Assembly: GCF_006345805.1 (NCBI RefSeq)
Contig: NC_043000.1
Span: 77,376,001 to 77,440,000 of the forward strand
Origin: Octopus sinensis
Taxonomy: Eukaryota
Length of the DNA stretch: 64,000 bases
Direction of reading: 5' to 3'
Part shown: piece by piece, positions 59,590 to 64,000 of the stretch
Position numbering within the stretch: position 1 is the first letter of the stretch
Layout: each line of letters opens with the position of its first letter
Program-made: the position numbers and the translations under genes
Notes under the pieces: model-generated
Database searches by the model: none
What the model was told of the DNA's origin: nothing
Seen by the model: the letters and a program-made list of their open reading frames with translations, nothing else

Positions 59590-61150
59590 GAGGGGGTTTA
59601 TGTTCCCACCAGTTTTTATCATGGGGCAAGCCCAGGTTTTTGCAAATTACCCCATGAATATATTGTGCAGCTCTATCATGCCTGTTGAGATACTCTGTAG
59701 GGGCAAGAAGACTGTACTTGGAGACAACATGATCAATGGTTTCATTTTGTTGTTGACATACACGACATATTGGAGAGCTGCGGTTCTTTAGTATGTTGGC
59801 CTGGTAGTTCCTTGTAGATAGGTATTGATCTTGGGCTACTATGACAAACCCTTCTGTTTCTTATTTTAAGCCCAAAGCCATTAGCCATTGATGGGTAAGT
59901 GTTTTGTGAACATCGGCATTATTCGCTCTCTTTGGGTATTTGCCATTGAGAGGTTTTTCTTGCCATTTATCAGTCAGAATATCTAAGAAAGCAGTTTTAG
60001 TACGGGTTTTCATGCTTAGCTTTTTCTGCGCTTGTTTCTAGTATGTCTAATTCCGGAATTTATTGTATTTGGAATTCATTTAGATATTCCTTTGCCTGTT
60101 TTGTTACTGAGTATGATGCTTTCTTGTTTTCATTTTTTGAGACAAGTTTTACCATCCAGGCCTCAGCGTTTTTCAGGTAGGTTTCTAGGCCAATCGTGGC
60201 AATCTTCATTGTTAATGCTAGTTGTAAAAGTCCACGGCCTCCCTCTTTTCTTGGCAGATAAAGAGTGGTGTATTCTATGAATTGTCAACAGTTTTCGTAT
60301 TTTTCTGTCAAGATTACATATTTCAGTAATTGACCAGTTAATTATATTGAAACTGTAAGTCACGACTTGTATGGCTAAAGCATTGATCGCTTCGATTCTG
60401 TCTCTTGCATTTAGTTCGGTCATAAGTATTGCGCTTACCCTGCAATAACATTCTCTTCTGATCCTTTCCTTCATTACTGAATGCCTGATTCCATAGGCTT
60501 CAAGTACCCCTAGGTATTTGTAGCTTTCCGCTGGTTCTAACTCTTTTATGACATTCTACTGGACAGGGTTAATGTTAGATGTTTCTGTCATTTTTCCTTT
60601 GATAAAGGTAGCTTTTGGACATTTATCGAGGCTAAATTGCATCCTAATGTCATCACTGTGTTTAACAATTGTAGTAAGCCCTTGAGTTGTTGGTCATTTT
60701 TTGCAAGGAGCTTTAAATCATCCATGTAAATGGGATGATTTATATTTTTTATCAAACATTTTATAACTGTACTGTGCATCATTGAGCAATTTTGAGAGAG
60801 GTATTAAATATAGAAAAAAGAGGAGTGGTGACAGTGAGTCACCCTGGAAAATATCACATGAAATTCTTACATCTCCAGCATTTAGAGATTCATTGTCACT
60901 GTTCAAAGTCAGTGAAGTTCTCCATGATCTCATACTTACTAACAAAAAGTTTCGCAGAGTAGGAGCTATTTTATACATTTCCAGACATTTCTTAATCCAG
61001 CTATGTGGTAAGCTATCAAAAGCTTTTTTATAGTTTATCCAGGCTATCAACAAGTTTTTGTGTCGTTTGTGACAATCTTCTAAAATAATATTATTGATGA
61101 GTAGCTGATCTTTACATCCTTTTAGTTTATTAGGGAATATGCTACTTTCT
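59590..61150 (-). mobile_element. R4/Dong-like LINE internal fragment (RT to CCHC)
   Basis: GCKDQLLIN, WINYKKAFDSLPHSWI, IFQGDSLSPLLF, YMDDLKL, RELNARDRIEAINALA, YLNRHD. Confidence 0.92.
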
Positions 61151-61169
61151 ATTTAAAAAACTATAGGTA

Positions 61170-62170
61170 TATTCAGTCGTCATTTTTACTTCTAATCTGC
61201 ATGTTTGTGACAGTCACTTGCCGAGACACACCCAGGATCTTGGAACGAGTGAAGGATAAGAGATGTTACAGTATGACTGAAAGCATAGGGAGGGGAGGGA
61301 GTGAAATACCTTCATGTAACACAATACAGACATTTAAATGGATAGGCTTTTTCTAAGGATGTGGGCAGTACTTGTCAGTACAAACTTTTGGATTTCTCCG
61401 GGACATGGTTCTCCTGGGATCTTATCAAGGTGTTTCTGACATCCATTTTTTATCATACCTAGCGCACCCGCAATAACAAGAACAGTTCTCATTTTAAGAT
61501 GCCACATCTTTCGTATTTCAATTTCCAGGTCCTTATATTTACTTAGTAAGTCATCTTCCTTGACAGATATATTAGTGTAAACGTTTTTTCTTCCCTGTCT
61601 TTAATAATTATATTTGGTCGATTATCCTGGATCGGTCTGTCAGTGTTTACTGGAACAACCCAGAAGATAGTGAAATTTTTGCCTTCAACGATTGGCTCAG
61701 GATGATATTCATGCCAGTAAACAGTGCTGATTTCGTAGTGTTTACATATTTTGCAATGTAAATACTGTCCTACCCTATCGTGGGTCAGAACCTGGTAGTT
61801 TTTTGTGAACAAGCTTTGGTCTTATGCTGTCAATATAAAACCTCCAGTCTCTGCTTTCAGTCCTGAAATTCTCAGCCACTGATGGGTTGTTGCTTGATCT
61901 ACATTAGCATTTCGACTTCGAAGTATATACTGTCCATGCAGACGCTTCGGGCTCCATCGCACCTCAATTTGTTTCTGCCCGTTCTTTTTTTTACAGTCTG
62001 CTTGATCCATTTTGCTATTTTTGTGGAAGTGGTTTCAGGTTCTTCAACTATTTCAGGATTGTCAAGTTCCCTTGCGAATTTGCAAGCTTCCTTGACAATC
62101 GAATGTGACTTCTTGCTTCTTTCGTGTTTGCATACAAGCCGCAGCGTCAAGCCCTCTGTCTAGATAAGTA
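61170..62170 (-). mobile_element. R4/Dong-like LINE 3' fragment
   Basis: HQWLRISGLKAETGGFIL, YQVLTHDRVGQYLH, RPNIIIKD, TAHILRK. Confidence 0.9.
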
Positions 62171-62287
62171 CCTGTTCATTGCTACTGTTGAGGCCTTATA
62201 GGACAGTTCTACTTGCATCATTCCTGTTCCCCCATTACTTCTAGTATGGGTGGCGAATGTTCCTTAGAAGTTGGTATTTTTCTTGAC

Positions 62288-64000
62288 TTATTATTATTAT
62301 TATTATTATTATTACTTTTTTTTCTTCTTTCAAATTTGCTATCATTTCTTGCCGAGTGTCTTCCCGACTCCTAGGGCAAAGAAACTCATAGTATACATTG
62401 GTAGGCCATTAAACCAAACTCAGTAGTTCGTTCATTTAAAAAAAAATTTTTTTTTTAAAGTTAAATTAAAATACATGAGCAGCAACAGTTCTCACATCGA
62501 CAATGCTCTTCTCAATACGTGTGATGTACCAGTTAAGACAATCTTTTGCACTTCTTGCAGGGATGGTAAGCCAGGGATCATTCTCATATAATTTTCGGTT
62601 CCCTTCTTGATCATTCCTAGTGCTCCTACGATCACTGGTATTGTAACCGCCTTGAGATGTCACATTTTCTCAATTTCAATGAGTAGGTCTTTATATTTTC
62701 TGAACTTGTCAAACTCTTTCGCTGAGATATTATGATCACAGGGGATGCTCATGTCGATCAATAAGCAAACTTTATTGTTTTGGTCTTTCACAACAATATC
62801 TGGTTTATTGGCCTTGATGGTTCGGTCTGTATGTACTGGAAAGTCCCACAGAATGGTTACATTTTCTCCTTCAGTTACAGCCTCAGGGTGGTGATTATAC
62901 CACTTGTCGGCAGTTTTGATATTGTAATGCCGACTTATTAGCCAGTGGAGATATTGGCCAACTCTGTCATGTCTTAATTTATACTCCACTGGTGCTAAGA
63001 CTTTACATCCAGAGATTAGGTGGTCCACTGTTTCAATCATGTCGTTGCAGAATCGGCATTTTGGGTCTGCTCCATTTTTCATCACACTGGCCTGGTAGTT
63101 CCGAGTTAATAGGCTTTGATCTTGAGCAGCCAGGATGAAACCTTCGCTCTCTGCTTTTAGCCCTGAGCTCCGTAGCCACTGATGGGTTTGCTCTGGTCAA
63201 CATCAGCTTGTTTGCTGCGGGTCACATATTTGCCCGGCAGAGGTTTCTCCTCCCACCTATCAGCCAATTGCTCATGCGCATTTTTCATTGCCATCATTTT
63301 CACCTTCTTTGCAACAATAGTTGCCGTACTTCCCTCGGATTGTTCAGTTTGGGTATCCTGCACGAGATCAATAGCAAATTTTTTGCTTTCCTTTATGATA
63401 GAATGAAGCTTCTTTCGTCTCTCGTGATTTTCCACGAGCTTTAGCATCCAGTCATTCGATATTTCGAGATATTTGGCCAGTCCAATTGTGGTTGTTTTGT
63501 AAGCTAGTTCAAATTGGATCAGGCCTCGACCTCCTTGGGCTCTGGGAAGGTAAAGGCGATCTACGTCTGCCTTTGGGTGGTGCATCCTATTACAACTCAG
63601 CAGCTTGCGTATTTTCCTATCTATATTCTTTACTTCAATCATATTCCAGTTCAACACATTGTAGCTATAAGTAACAACTGGAACTGCTAAGGAATTTATA
63701 GCTAACACCTTGTTACGTGCATTTAGTTCAGATTTCAGGACTGCACGAACTCTCCTATAACATTCCTTCCTGATTTTCTCTTTCATGCTTGCATGCTGAA
63801 TACCAGAGCCTTCATTTATCCCTAAATATTTGTATGTTTGTTCTTGCTCAAGCTCTCTTATGACTGTGTCAACATCTAACACGACTGAATTTGTGGTCTT
63901 CACTTTCCCTTTCTGGAAAGTGGCCTTGGCACACTTCTCAAGTCCAAACTTCATCCCGATGTCATCGCTGAATGCTTTCACGGTGCGCAATAGACCTTCA
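62288..64000 (-). mobile_element. R4/Dong-like LINE 3' half with (TAA)n tail, running off the window
   Basis: FGLEKCA, DVDRLYLPRAQGGRGL, CRFC..ETVDHLISGC..RHDRV, KPDIVVKD..LIDMSIPCD (RLE nuclease), IPVIVGALG; (TAA)n at 62288-62313. Confidence 0.95.

Noticed and set aside
58798-59791. 274-aa ORF with poly-Ser/Gly, and opposite-strand poly-Thr and poly-Leu/Pro ORFs
   Set aside because: The homopolymers come from the compound TAC/CAC microsatellite; the ORF is a chance fusion of one LINE fragment to the N-terminus of the next

Overview
Eukaryotic, AT-rich, microsatellite-dense DNA made almost entirely of transposable elements. The SINE and microsatellite content resembles a coleoid cephalopod (octopus-like) genome; this is inference from recalled repeat motifs. 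No host protein-coding gene, rRNA, tRNA gene or CRISPR array can be identified with confidence, and most short ORFs in the track are microsatellite translations. Recognisable elements: a full-length RTE LINE with a 13-bp TSD (41209-45057), a Mag-type Gypsy remnant with a tRNA-Ser PBS, four Tc1/mariner pseudo-elements plus fragments, a MULE remnant, Penelope-like pieces with hammerhead-like cores, two Helitron-type elements, several foldback/MITE palindromes, tRNA-derived SINEs and a run of R4/Dong-like LINEs at the right end. The most interesting structure is 24152-32955. There, two ORF1-only elements (CCHC knuckle plus an unrecognised C-terminal domain, no ORF2) and one Tx1/L1-clade LINE lie head-to-tail, share the same ~55-nt 3' terminus, carry an ATT[G/C]CAG motif at all four junctions, and sit between the 5' and 3' ends of a Helitron. 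Older ORF1-like remnants without ORF2 occur at about 6, 9-10 and 11 kb. All alignments and coordinates were made by eye; boundaries of degenerate elements are approximate.
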